A stretch of 64,000 nt of DNA. Origin: Nitrospirales bacterium (GTDB taxonomy: Bacteria > Nitrospirota > Nitrospiria > Nitrospirales > UBA8639). A program made the translations under genes and the position numbers. The notes under the pieces are model-generated. The model was not told the origin of the DNA. It ran no database searches and saw only the letters and a program-made list of their open reading frames with translations. The stretch covers positions 2,240,001 through 2,304,000 of the forward strand of contig OY729426.1 in assembly GCA_963422365.1 (NCBI GenBank), given 5' to 3'. Below are positions 40,835 to 50,650 of the stretch, in pieces (position 1 is the first letter of the stretch; each line of letters begins with the position of its first letter).

Positions 40835-41957
40835 ATGAGCAGAGCACGGAACACGGGAAAGTTGGGAATCATATTTTTGTTTTTTTTTAAGCATGACGTG
40901 GGTCGGCACTCAAGGGATTCACGCGGCATTATTGGACGGCCTGTTTGATAACCTCGAGGAATCTTTGGCTAGGCGGCTGGCGAAAAAAGGAGAAAAACTG
41001 ACCACAGGGAACTTCTATACCGATGATAAGCCGAATGCTCATGGACCGATCGGCATAATGGGAGATCACACGCATGAAACAGGGGAAATGATGTTCGCCT
41101 ATCGCTTGATGCACGTGTGGATGCAGGGGAATCGGCATGGGAATTTGGATACTTACAGTGTGGTGCCGGAATCCATGCGCATGACGATGCATCTGTTCGG
41201 GTTCATGTATGGATGGAATGATATTGTCACCCTGAAGGTCATGGTACCGTACCATGTCAATAGCATGAATCATAGAATGAAAAGGGGCGGCAAATTTACG
41301 ACTCGTTCCGAAGGGTTCGGAGATCTTCGGTTCGGATCTCTTTGGCGTCTCTGGTCCATCGAAGCCCCAAGCATCGGGGCACATCGTTTCCATTTTAATC
41401 TTTCGATAAGTGTGCCGACGGGAAGTATTGAGCTGACAGAACGGACTCCGATGGGGCCAAACACCCGATTGCCCTATCCCATGCACCTTGGTTCAGGGAC
41501 TTTCGATTTCTATCCCGGGATTACGTACGGAGGGGAGAAGGGGCGAGCCTCCTGGGGTATCCAAGCCATTGGCACATTACGGACAGGCAGAAATTCGAAT
41601 GATTTTTCTAAGGGTGATGCCTACGTGGTCAACATCCATGGCGCTTATGAAATTATTAAAGATTGGCTGAGCGGGTCGGCACGCCTGAGTTGGAGTCACA
41701 GAGAGGACTATGATGGAGCGGACTCAGGCATTCCCATAAGAAACTCAAATAACATGAAGACTGTTCAAACCGCGTTTCCTGACCTTCTAGGCAATCAACG
41801 TCTGGATATGCTATTCGGTATGAATATCCTGTTCCAGGATTTTATGGGAATAGAAAACCGGCTAGCAGTGGAAGGTGGCGTGCCGATCTATCAGTACGTA
41901 GACGGGCAGCTTGAGACCGATTCAATCGTCACGTTTGGGTGGCAGGGGCTCTATTAA
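40835..41957 (+). CDS. outer-membrane beta-barrel transporter (Met/His-rich, Phenol_MetA_deg-like), frameshifted in T9 within its signal peptide
   Basis: HGPIGIMGDHTH..GEMM, MRMTMH, GFGDLR, SVPTGS, LPYPMHLGSGTFD, aromatic C-terminus. The long frame is 40893-41957; SD plus ATG 40835 joins it if T9 becomes T8. Confidence 0.8.
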
Positions 41958-41991
41958 TGAAAGCCGCCTGCCTCAGAGAAAGGTGTTTGAA

Positions 41992-42828
41992 ATGTCCTTG
42001 AAGAGAAGACACCACATGTGGCCTCGCACTTGTAGAATGATCTGGTTCTCTCTTGCTGTATTGTTGCTCTTCACGAGTATGAGTTTTGCTTACGAAGTGA
42101 TGGAGATCAGGAACGGGGCAACCATTACGGGGAAGGTGGTCTTTACAGGCACCCTTTCGCATGCCCAAAGGCATTTTGAAGTCCGGAACGGGCCGGAGGT
42201 TTGTGGGGCAGAACGTGTCCTCAACAAAGTCGAAACGCATCAGGGCATGTTGAAGGGGGCCGTTATTGCTCTTGAAGACGTGGAAAAGGGCAAGCCTTTT
42301 TCTTCGCATCACCATACGGCCACGGATCACGGGCGAGGAACATTTCAATATGCCGGTGGAAACGAGTTGAACCTAGGCGTTCGACTCAAAAAATGCAGCT
42401 TCGGCCCATTCACCGGGGTCATGAGAGCAGATGAGGTTGTCCAATTCGTCAATCACGATTCTATCAAACACACACTTCATACGTATGCGTTACAAGGGCA
42501 GAAAGCAAAAATTTTGAGAACCATGCATACACAGAGTCTTCGAGCCCAGCGGCAGACGGAAAAAGTCTTTTCCGCTAAAAAACTGCACCAGGCCCATGCC
42601 GTAGGCTTGACCTGTGATCGTCACGATTTTATGGAAAATTGGCTCTATGTGGTCAAGAATCCCTATTATGCCATCTCAGATGAGTCAGGAAACTTCCGTA
42701 TCGACCAAGTCCCGCCAGGCGACTATAACCTAGTGGTCTGGCATCCTGTTCTCGGCATGCAAGAACAACGCGTGACGATCACGCCAGCTGGTCGTTTCTC
42801 GGTCAATTTTGAATTTATGAAGTCATAG
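41992..42828 (+). CDS. exported carboxypeptidase-regulatory-like/cupredoxin-like protein
   Basis: Signal peptide (SFA|YEV), ITGKV.F.G, NHDSIKHT, CDRHDFM, NPYYAISD..G.F.I..VPPG.Y....WHP. Confidence 0.8.
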   Translation: MSLKRRHHMWPRTCRMIWFSLAVLLLFTSMSFAYEVMEIRNGATITGKVVFTGTLSHAQRHFEVRNGPEVCGAERVLNKVETHQGMLKGAVIALEDVEKGKPFSSHHHTATDHGRGTFQYAGGNELNLGVRLKKCSFGPFTGVMRADEVVQFVNHDSIKHTLHTYALQGQKAKILRTMHTQSLRAQRQTEKVFSAKKLHQAHAVGLTCDRHDFMENWLYVVKNPYYAISDESGNFRIDQVPPGDYNLVVWHPVLGMQEQRVTITPAGRFSVNFEFMKS

Positions 42829-43008
42829 TCGGGGTACGCGTGTCGTTGGCCGGCCTAACCTATCATCGTTCTTGTTCTCCCTTCCCAACTCAATTCCCAT
42901 AACGACTTTGTGAAATGGCCTATCCCCATGGATTTGCTTGGATGGAGTCGTCGGTAAGAATATGCTAAGGTGCAATCCTTGCAAAGCGTAACGCAAAAAG
43001 GAGACCCC

Positions 43009-44265
43009 GTGGCAACCATTATGCCTTTTCGTGCCGTAAGGCCCAAACCCGAATACGCCCTCCAAGTAGCTGCCCCACCCTATGATGTCGTCTCCCTGGA
43101 CAAGGCACGAAACCTTGCCGATGGCAATCCTTACTGTTTTCTCCGTGTTGGGCGAGCCGAGTTGGAGTTGGCTGATGGAATCGATCCCTATTCAATGGAC
43201 ATCTACGAAAGAGGAGCCGCCAACCTTCAGGGGTTTCTTAAAGACGGCATTCTGGTACAGGAAGCCCACCTCATGTTTGGAGTGTATCGCCAACGCTGGG
43301 AGACACACGAACAAACTGGTCTCGTTGCACTTGCTTCGGTCGAGGAATACGATCGTGGGATTATCAAAAAACACGAACTCACCAGGCCGGTAAAGGAAAA
43401 TGACCGCGTGCGAATTATCGAAACGCACGAATCACAGTCGGGGCCTGTCCTCTTATTTTTCCGCCGTACAGCCCAATTCGAAAATTGGCTTACGGACATC
43501 ACGACCACCACGACGCCGGATGCACAGTTCATCGCTGATGATGGTGTGGAACACACCATCTGGAGTCTGCGTGACCACACGGCCATGGATAAAATGATCG
43601 AAGATTTCAAGAACATCGATGCGTTGTACATTGCCGATGGGCACCATCGATCTGCCGCCGCCAGTCGGGTGCGGGCTTCTCGAGCCCAAGATCACGCACG
43701 GTCATCATCGCATCACGAAGAAGGATTTTTGTGCGTCATCTTTCCGCATGACGAATTGCAAATTCTGCCCTATAACCGCGTGGTGCGTGATTTACATGGG
43801 TACACCACAAAAAAATTTCTTGAGGCCTTGGCCGTGTCCTATGAACTGCAACCCACCGCACAACCGGGACAGGCTTCGGAAGCCGGGTTTAACATGTATT
43901 TGGAAGGCCAATGGCATCAGGCTCTTCCCAAATGGACGCCAGAGCAACAGGCAAAGATGACGAACAATCCGGTGAATGCATTGGCTGTATCGGTCTTGAC
44001 CGACCGCGTGTTAGTTCCACTGTTGGGGATTACGGATCAACGCTCCGACCCAAGGATCGATTTTGTCGGAGGCATCCACCCGCCGAAAGAGTTGGCCTCG
44101 CGGGTGGACAGAGGAGAGTGGGCCGTTGCGTTTTGGTTATACCCTACGACCGTTGACGAACTCATGGCCGTTTCCGATGCCCAAGGCATTATGCCGCCCA
44201 AAAGCACATGGTTTGAACCCAAACTGCGTGACGGCTTATTCGTGCATATGCTCAGAGATGCATGA
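43009..44265 (+). CDS. DUF1015 family protein
   Basis: APPYDV, IKKHELT, YIADGHHR, MPPKSTWFEPKLRDG; SD AAGGAG. Confidence 0.93.
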   Translation: MATIMPFRAVRPKPEYALQVAAPPYDVVSLDKARNLADGNPYCFLRVGRAELELADGIDPYSMDIYERGAANLQGFLKDGILVQEAHLMFGVYRQRWETHEQTGLVALASVEEYDRGIIKKHELTRPVKENDRVRIIETHESQSGPVLLFFRRTAQFENWLTDITTTTTPDAQFIADDGVEHTIWSLRDHTAMDKMIEDFKNIDALYIADGHHRSAAASRVRASRAQDHARSSSHHEEGFLCVIFPHDELQILPYNRVVRDLHGYTTKKFLEALAVSYELQPTAQPGQASEAGFNMYLEGQWHQALPKWTPEQQAKMTNNPVNALAVSVLTDRVLVPLLGITDQRSDPRIDFVGGIHPPKELASRVDRGEWAVAFWLYPTTVDELMAVSDAQGIMPPKSTWFEPKLRDGLFVHMLRDA

Positions 44266-44267
44266 GC

Positions 44268-44891
44268 TTACATATCGCCATAGTCAGGATATCGTGTGGA
44301 ACCTGGCCGGAAATACTCATTGGGTTCTCCTACGATCCAACCAAGCTCGCTGACGAGTTCCAAAGCGGGAATGGCGGCATCCTGCTCCCACACATTCTCT
44401 TCCGTATCATCCTGTTGACAGGAATCGGTTTCTTGCCGATCACCCCACATCTCTCCTCTATTGCAAAAGAGAAACGCTGTATCCCAAAAATACATTTTGA
44501 TCAGCGCCTTTGTATCGACTTCCCCAATTTTGTAATCTCCGATGGGCCTAGTGTGCTGGCTAAAATCATCGAGCAGATCATTATGGGTTGCGCAAAAATT
44601 GTTTAATGTTTCGTACAACACAAGCCAGTGCAGATCGGTTAAGCGATAGACCCGTGAATCATTCATGGCGGCGAACAGTTGGGCTAATACGAGTACCGAC
44701 ATATAAGGACCGAGACATTGTGAGGTTTCAGGATAGAGACTTTCCCAGGAATCTATGGCACCATCATCCGACAGCAATCGAATTTCTGCTGCTTCACTGG
44801 TGAAGGCTTCTTTGAGAATAGCCTCAAACACGGCGTCGGGTTTGGTTTGAAAATAAATCATCGCGACAATTTTGACAGTATCATGCCGCAA
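44268..44891 (-). CDS. hypothetical acidic protein
   Basis: 207-aa ORF convergent on DUF1015; start uncertain. Confidence 0.65.
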   Translation of the reverse strand: MRHDTVKIVAMIYFQTKPDAVFEAILKEAFTSEAAEIRLLSDDGAIDSWESLYPETSQCLGPYMSVLVLAQLFAAMNDSRVYRLTDLHWLVLYETLNNFCATHNDLLDDFSQHTRPIGDYKIGEVDTKALIKMYFWDTAFLFCNRGEMWGDRQETDSCQQDDTEENVWEQDAAIPALELVSELGWIVGEPNEYFRPGSTRYPDYGDM

Positions 44892-44945
44892 TCCAGCCCA
44901 ACAAGAAAATGAAATCTCCGGAGAGTGAGATTGGAAACCGGGCTC

Positions 44946-45401
44946 TTAGAAAATCAAAGGAATAAGCCGCCACGTATGCAACCGGTACGCCTCATAGTCG
45001 TCAAAGATTTCCCTTAAAAGCATCTCTTCATAGGAGAGTTTCACCACCAGATTTGTACTCAAGAGCAACCAGCAGAGCCCTCGCCAATACGAAAATGACT
45101 CCCACACCAACGCCAGCATGACCATCAGCAACGCCGTGTACATTGGATGCCGAATCCATTGATACGGCCCAGCGGTCGCCAGGTGGCTTCCGGGCTTGAC
45201 CTCAGGGAAAACATGTACATTTTTTACTTTCATCGTAACAACTGCCCATACCCCTAGCAGACCTCCCAACAGTTCCAACGTGAGCAACAACCCATGCCTG
45301 GCAACCCATGGGCCAGAAACCAGGATCACTCCAATACAGGCAAATTGAATACTCACGAGGACGGAGGACTTAATCCTGTCAGCTTTGTGTTTCATCATCA
45401 A
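44946..45401 (-). CDS. isoprenylcysteine carboxylmethyltransferase/PEMT family membrane protein
   Basis: GPYQWIRHPMY, EE..L...F..Y..Y, multi-TM. Confidence 0.88.
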   Translation of the reverse strand: MMMKHKADRIKSSVLVSIQFACIGVILVSGPWVARHGLLLTLELLGGLLGVWAVVTMKVKNVHVFPEVKPGSHLATAGPYQWIRHPMYTALLMVMLALVWESFSYWRGLCWLLLSTNLVVKLSYEEMLLREIFDDYEAYRLHTWRLIPLIF

Positions 45402-45440
45402 GGCCTATGGCCTGAACACTCTTGGAAGAACGGACACATC

Positions 45441-45845
45441 TCAATACCGGTATCCTCCGCTCAGGTGCTTCTCAAGAGTCGAAGATAGACCGAGATGGTT
45501 GCGATAGGCTGAGGATTCCACGACTTCTTTATTAGTCGGAGCCAGTTCACGTGCTCTTTTAAAATGGATCGTGGCTTCTTGGTGATTGCCCAGCTTATGG
45601 AAGGCCAAAGCCAGATTGAAATGGGCTTCCGGCAAATTGTGGTCGGCCTGAATCGCCGATTCAAAACGACTTTTCGCCTCTTTCCACTTCCCGGCATTAT
45701 ACTGCTGAATCCCTTCAAGATTATGGTGAGCTGCAGCAGGACTCGTCATTGGCAAGACAGCAAAAGGGCCTGACTGAGTGACACACCCAGTCACCATTGC
45801 TAAGAATCCTGAGACGATAAGGCCTGTTTTCATTCCACGATGCAT
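45441..45845 (-). CDS. TPR lipoprotein
   Basis: SD GGAGG, lipobox VTGC, TPR helices (EAHFNLALA). Confidence 0.85.
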   Translation of the reverse strand: MHRGMKTGLIVSGFLAMVTGCVTQSGPFAVLPMTSPAAAHHNLEGIQQYNAGKWKEAKSRFESAIQADHNLPEAHFNLALAFHKLGNHQEATIHFKRARELAPTNKEVVESSAYRNHLGLSSTLEKHLSGGYRY

Positions 45846-46018
45846 ACGTTTTCCTCCGATGCTCTTCTTTTTAAAGCTCCTCCCCGTTCGACCTTTTTCC
45901 TGCAGAAGGGAGAGGCTGGGAACTCCCTCCTCCAATATACTCTTGTCAATTTGTGAGCAATCCCTTAGAAGGACGGCATTGTACACAGAGGACATTTCCT
46001 CTACCATGCCACATTATT

Positions 46019-47425
46019 GTGACAAGTCAAAAATTGCAATGCCATGATGTCGTCATCATTGGCGGGGGGTCTGCAGGGTATGCCGCTGCACGGACAGCGC
46101 ACGATGAGGGAGCCAACGTTGGGATTATTGATCATGGACCGTTAGGGGGGCTCTGCATCTTACGCGGATGCATGCCGACCAAGACCATTTTACGTTCCTC
46201 TGACATCATATCGCTCATGAAACGTGCGGAAGAATTCGGGTTAAAACCGGTTTCTGCAAAAGCCAATCTTTCCGCAATCATCAGTCGCAAGGCTCGTCTC
46301 ATCGGTGAGTTTGCCAATGATCGTATTCAAGCATTGAAAGATTCCCGTTTCGCCTTATACGAGGCACGCGCCGTGTTCCTCTCTCCCTACGCAATCCAAG
46401 CCGGTCCCCAGAGCTTAACCGCCAAGGCCTTTATTCTCTCCACGGGATCTGTGGTCTCCCGCATCCCGATACCTGGGCTCGAAGAAGTCGGATATCTCAC
46501 CAGCGATGAGGCCTTAGAGTTACGTACCATCCCCCAATCCATGATCGTGCTCGGCGGTGGGCCCGTGGCTTTGGAATTGGCTCAATTCTTCCACCGTATC
46601 GGTACCCGTGTCACGCTGATTCAGCGCAGCGTTCACATCATGTCACAGGGTGATGAAGACTTGGCCCGTCCAGTGGAAGCACGGTTTCGAGAAGAGGGCA
46701 TGACGGTGTTGACTCACACACAGCTTCATCGTTTTACCAAAGACGGTACGCACAAAGTGGCCCACTTGACCCATGAAGGGAAAGAGAAAACCATTTCCTC
46801 AGAGGTGATTCTCCAAGCGCTCGGGCGACAGCCCAATATCGAAAATTTGAACGTAGCCGCTGCGAAGGTCGAGGTTCGTCAAGGCAAAATCGTGGTCGAC
46901 AGCACGATGCGGACGAGCCAGCCGCACATTTATGCAGTGGGTGACGTAAACGGACTCCATGAAATTGTCCATATTGCAATCCAACAAGGAGAAATTGCAG
47001 GGTGGAACGCCATTCATCCTCAGGCCTCTCTCCGTCAATATGACGACCGACTCAAAACCCAAGTCGTCTTTACCGACCCCCAAATCGCCAGCGTCGGGTT
47101 AAACGAAAAAGAATGTCGAAGCCAGCAGATTTCCTATTGTGTTGCCTCGTATCCCTTTGCCGACCATGGGAAATCATTGTCATTGGGTGAGATCCATGGT
47201 CATGTCAAACTTCTGGCTTCGCCGGAGAACGGCAAAATTTTAGGAGCCCATATTGTTGGGCCGGAAGCCGCGGAACTGATTCATGGGCTTATTGCCGTCA
47301 TGTATTATCAGGGTACGGTTCATGATCTTGCTCGGATACCCCATTATCACCCTACCCTTGCCGAAATCATCACGTATCCTGCTGAAGAATTAGCCGGTCA
47401 GATAAACTCACAGACGGACGTCTAA
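46019..47425 (+). CDS. class I pyridine nucleotide-disulfide oxidoreductase (LpdA/MerA-like)
   Basis: GGGSAG, GGLCILRGCMPTK, GGGPVALE, YAVGD, C-terminal HPTLAE; no E1/E2 neighbours; start approximate. Confidence 0.9.
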   Translation: MTSQKLQCHDVVIIGGGSAGYAAARTAHDEGANVGIIDHGPLGGLCILRGCMPTKTILRSSDIISLMKRAEEFGLKPVSAKANLSAIISRKARLIGEFANDRIQALKDSRFALYEARAVFLSPYAIQAGPQSLTAKAFILSTGSVVSRIPIPGLEEVGYLTSDEALELRTIPQSMIVLGGGPVALELAQFFHRIGTRVTLIQRSVHIMSQGDEDLARPVEARFREEGMTVLTHTQLHRFTKDGTHKVAHLTHEGKEKTISSEVILQALGRQPNIENLNVAAAKVEVRQGKIVVDSTMRTSQPHIYAVGDVNGLHEIVHIAIQQGEIAGWNAIHPQASLRQYDDRLKTQVVFTDPQIASVGLNEKECRSQQISYCVASYPFADHGKSLSLGEIHGHVKLLASPENGKILGAHIVGPEAAELIHGLIAVMYYQGTVHDLARIPHYHPTLAEIITYPAEELAGQINSQTDV

Positions 47426-47572
47426 GGCACAGCGAATTCGACCAATTTTTCCACCGACGACGTGTCCATCTAACGACAAACGCCCTCAACAGGCTGCAGC
47501 GCTAAGACTGTATACTATTGCGGATAGCGCACGATGTGCCGACTTGAGCCAAATCCACCATAAAAATCCACG

Positions 47573-48286
47573 ATGACGAACTCACCTTCTGCTGAATCTT
47601 CCTTAACGACTCTCGGGAAGATTGTTATTCTTGGAATCCTTGGATTGTGGCTTGGGGCATTCTTCTATTTCGATATTGGGCACTATTTCTCCCTTGAGGC
47701 CTTGAAAGCCAACAGGGACAGCTTACGGGCTTATACCAATGCCAACTTGACCACTGCAGTTATCCTTTACGTGGCGTTCTATATCCTTCAAACAGGACTA
47801 TCATTGCCAGGCGGGGCCATCATGACCTTGGCTGGGGGGTTTTTATTCGGAAGCGTGCCCGGTACGATCTTTGTCAATATCGGAGCCACGACAGGCGCGA
47901 CCTTAGCCTTTTTGGCTGCACGCTATATCTTACGCGATTGGGTTGAACGCAAATTCGGCGAGCGCATTGAACCAATCCAGGCCGGATTTACCCAAAACGC
48001 CTTTAGCTATCTGTTGACCCTACGGCTTATTCCTGCCTTTCCCTTCTTTCTGGTCAATCTCGTGTCCGGCTTGACCCGGGTGAATCTGAGCACCTTTATC
48101 ATGGCAACCTCCATCGGCATTATCCCGGGCAGCTTTGTCTACGCTTTTGCAGGGAAACATCTTGGGTCCATTGACTCGTTGACGGAAATTGCCTCACCGC
48201 CAGTGTTGCTGGCGTTTACCTTCCTAGGGCTGCTGGCCCTTGTTCCCATTGCTCGTCGCAAATTTTTGAGAAGGAAAAAGGCTTGA
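47573..48286 (+). CDS. TVP38/TMEM64 (VTT/DedA superfamily) membrane protein
   Basis: LSLPG, GATLAFL.ARY, LRLIPAFPFFLVN, GIIPG. Confidence 0.92.
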   Translation: MTNSPSAESSLTTLGKIVILGILGLWLGAFFYFDIGHYFSLEALKANRDSLRAYTNANLTTAVILYVAFYILQTGLSLPGGAIMTLAGGFLFGSVPGTIFVNIGATTGATLAFLAARYILRDWVERKFGERIEPIQAGFTQNAFSYLLTLRLIPAFPFFLVNLVSGLTRVNLSTFIMATSIGIIPGSFVYAFAGKHLGSIDSLTEIASPPVLLAFTFLGLLALVPIARRKFLRRKKA

Positions 48287-48372
48287 TTGACGCCCCATTT
48301 TCGCCAGCCTACGATTTATGAATGGGACACGATCTGAGGCAACCGTATTGGTCCCGTAAGGAAGGACTCATC

Positions 48373-49926
48373 ATGCAGACCGATGATCATCGAGATGAGT
48401 CCATTATGATGGCCCCGATGGATGAATTTAATCAGCAACTCGTTCATAACGTCCACCCTTCAAGCTGGACCAATCCGACACCAACCGGTCGATACAATAT
48501 CGTCGTCATCGGGGCCGGTACCGCTGGGTTGGTCACTGCGGCGGTTGCCGCCGCGCTTGGCGCGAAGGTAGCCCTGATCGAACGACATTTGATGGGCGGG
48601 GATTGCTTGAACGTCGGATGCGTGCCGTCCAAAGGTGTCATTCGCGCATCCCGTGCGTGGAACGCAGTCAGCCATGCCCAGGAATTCGGCGTGACGATTC
48701 CGGATGGAGTCAAAACCGATTTTGGAGTCGCCATGGCGAGAATGCGAAAACTTCGAACCCGTATCAGCCAAGTAGATTCGGTTCAGCGCTTTACAGGTCT
48801 CGGGGTTGATGTGTTTATCGGTAAAGGCCGGTTTACGGGAAAAACCACGATCGAAGTGGGCGGCACCACCCTTCAATTTTCAAAAGCAGCCATCTGTACC
48901 GGCGCACGCGCAGCAGCCCCGCCTATCCACGGGCTGGAGGCATCAGGCTATTTGACGAACGAAACCATCTTCTCCTTAACCCAACTTCCCTCGCGCCTCA
49001 CCGTCATTGGCGCTGGTCCGATTGGCTGTGAGATGGCCCAGGCTTTCGCTCGATTCGGCAGTCGCGTGTGGCTATTCGAACAAACCAAGCACATTCTTCC
49101 TCGTGAGGATGCGGATGCCGCCGACATCGTTCAAACGCAAATGGCTAAAGACGGGGTCGCTTTTATTTTTGATTCCAACATCACAAAAGTCGAATTACGT
49201 GAACAGGAGAAAGTCGTGCATTACGACATCCATGGTGAGCAGCACGAACTCGTGGTTGATGAGATACTCGTCGGGGTTGGACGTGCGCCCAACGTGGAAG
49301 GGCTCGGACTTGAAACACTTGGAGTGGATTATGATACACGGACTGGCGTGAAAGTGAATAATCGATTACAAACGACCAATCCCAACATCTATGCTGCCGG
49401 TGATATTTGTTTTCCGTTTAAATTTACCCATACTGCGGATGCCCTGGCCCAAATCGTCATTCAAAATGCCTTATTCCCTCATCCTCTCGGGTTGGGTTAC
49501 ACAAAAACGGATTCACTCATTATCCCCTGGGCCACCTATACGGATCCGGAAATTGCACACGTCGGGCTGTATGAAGCCGAGGCGAAGCAAAAAGGAATCG
49601 AGGTTGATACGTTGACATTTAAACTCGACGAAGTCGATCGAGCTATTTTAGACGGGAACGATGAAGGATTTGCCCGTGTGCATGTCAAAAAAGGAACCGA
49701 TGCCATTGTGGGCGCTACACTCGTCGCCGCCCATGCCGGTGATATGATCAGCGAATTCACGTTGGCCATGAAGGGGGGACTTGGCTTGCGGACGATCGCC
49801 GGAACGATCCATCCCTACCCCACCCAAGCCGAAGTCATCAAAAAAGTCGCCAATGCCTGGAGAAAAACCACTCTCACCGAGCACAAGAAACAATTACTCA
49901 GGAAGTGGTTTGCCTGGATGCGATAA
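48373..49926 (+). CDS. mercuric-reductase-like flavoprotein disulfide reductase lacking the MerA C-terminal CC
   Basis: GAGTAG, GGDCLNVGCVPSK, GAGPIGCE, FTH.AD, HPYPT. Confidence 0.9.
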   Translation: MQTDDHRDESIMMAPMDEFNQQLVHNVHPSSWTNPTPTGRYNIVVIGAGTAGLVTAAVAAALGAKVALIERHLMGGDCLNVGCVPSKGVIRASRAWNAVSHAQEFGVTIPDGVKTDFGVAMARMRKLRTRISQVDSVQRFTGLGVDVFIGKGRFTGKTTIEVGGTTLQFSKAAICTGARAAAPPIHGLEASGYLTNETIFSLTQLPSRLTVIGAGPIGCEMAQAFARFGSRVWLFEQTKHILPREDADAADIVQTQMAKDGVAFIFDSNITKVELREQEKVVHYDIHGEQHELVVDEILVGVGRAPNVEGLGLETLGVDYDTRTGVKVNNRLQTTNPNIYAAGDICFPFKFTHTADALAQIVIQNALFPHPLGLGYTKTDSLIIPWATYTDPEIAHVGLYEAEAKQKGIEVDTLTFKLDEVDRAILDGNDEGFARVHVKKGTDAIVGATLVAAHAGDMISEFTLAMKGGLGLRTIAGTIHPYPTQAEVIKKVANAWRKTTLTEHKKQLLRKWFAWMR

Positions 49927-50000
49927 CGAACTCTCGAGTTCACCCTGAGACGAAGCTTGTTTGCAGATGGACAAACACGCGTCATTGAACAATAATCTCG

Positions 50001-50579
50001 CTACGTGTAGGTGGGGACGCCTCCCGGCTTCCACTTGATGTTGCACCCGGCACTGGGGCGCTGCTCTCGACTCACGGGTTGCTCCGCTAAGATGGCCTCA
50101 ATCGCTGCCCGTAAATCTTTTCCTGTTACCGGCACCCCATTCCCGGGACGGCTGTCATCCAACTGACCACGGTAGACTAACTTCCACGTCTTGTCGAACA
50201 AAAAGAAATCCGGGGTACAGGCTGCGGTGAAGGCCTTGGCCACAGCCTGACTTTCGTCATAACAGTAAGGAAACGTGAACTCGAGTTCCTGGGCCATGAC
50301 TCGTAATCGCTCGGGACGATCATCCGGATAGTTGTCCGCATCATTACTACTGATCGCCATCATGCCAAGAGGTTTCCCTGCATAATCCTTCCCCAATCGG
50401 CCTAACTCCTGTTGCACGTGAACGACATAAGGACAATGCCGACAAATAAACATCACCAGCAATCCCCTTTGTCCGGCAAATTGGTCAGGAGAGATGGTCT
50501 TGCCTGACACAACATCGGGCAATTGAAAATCTGGAACAGGGTTTCCCAACCCCACCATTGTCGAATGGGTCAATGCCAC
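50001..50579 (-). CDS. thioredoxin-fold AhpC/TSA family protein
   Basis: FICRHCPYV, ACTPDFF, YRGQLDD, GCNIKW. Confidence 0.92.
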   Translation of the reverse strand: MALTHSTMVGLGNPVPDFQLPDVVSGKTISPDQFAGQRGLLVMFICRHCPYVVHVQQELGRLGKDYAGKPLGMMAISSNDADNYPDDRPERLRVMAQELEFTFPYCYDESQAVAKAFTAACTPDFFLFDKTWKLVYRGQLDDSRPGNGVPVTGKDLRAAIEAILAEQPVSREQRPSAGCNIKWKPGGVPTYT

Positions 50580-50650
50580 ACACCGACTCCTTTACTGAAA
50601 AGAAAGAGATTTCTTAGACCCGCCTATTCCATAACAAAAAGAGTGATCGC

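Noticed and set aside
46019..47425. Call as lpdA of a dehydrogenase complex
   Set aside because: Atypical CILRGC motif and no E1/E2 or glycine-cleavage neighbours; left at family level.
48373..49926. Call as true mercuric reductase merA
   Set aside because: No C-terminal Cys-Cys, no NmerA domain and no mer operon genes.
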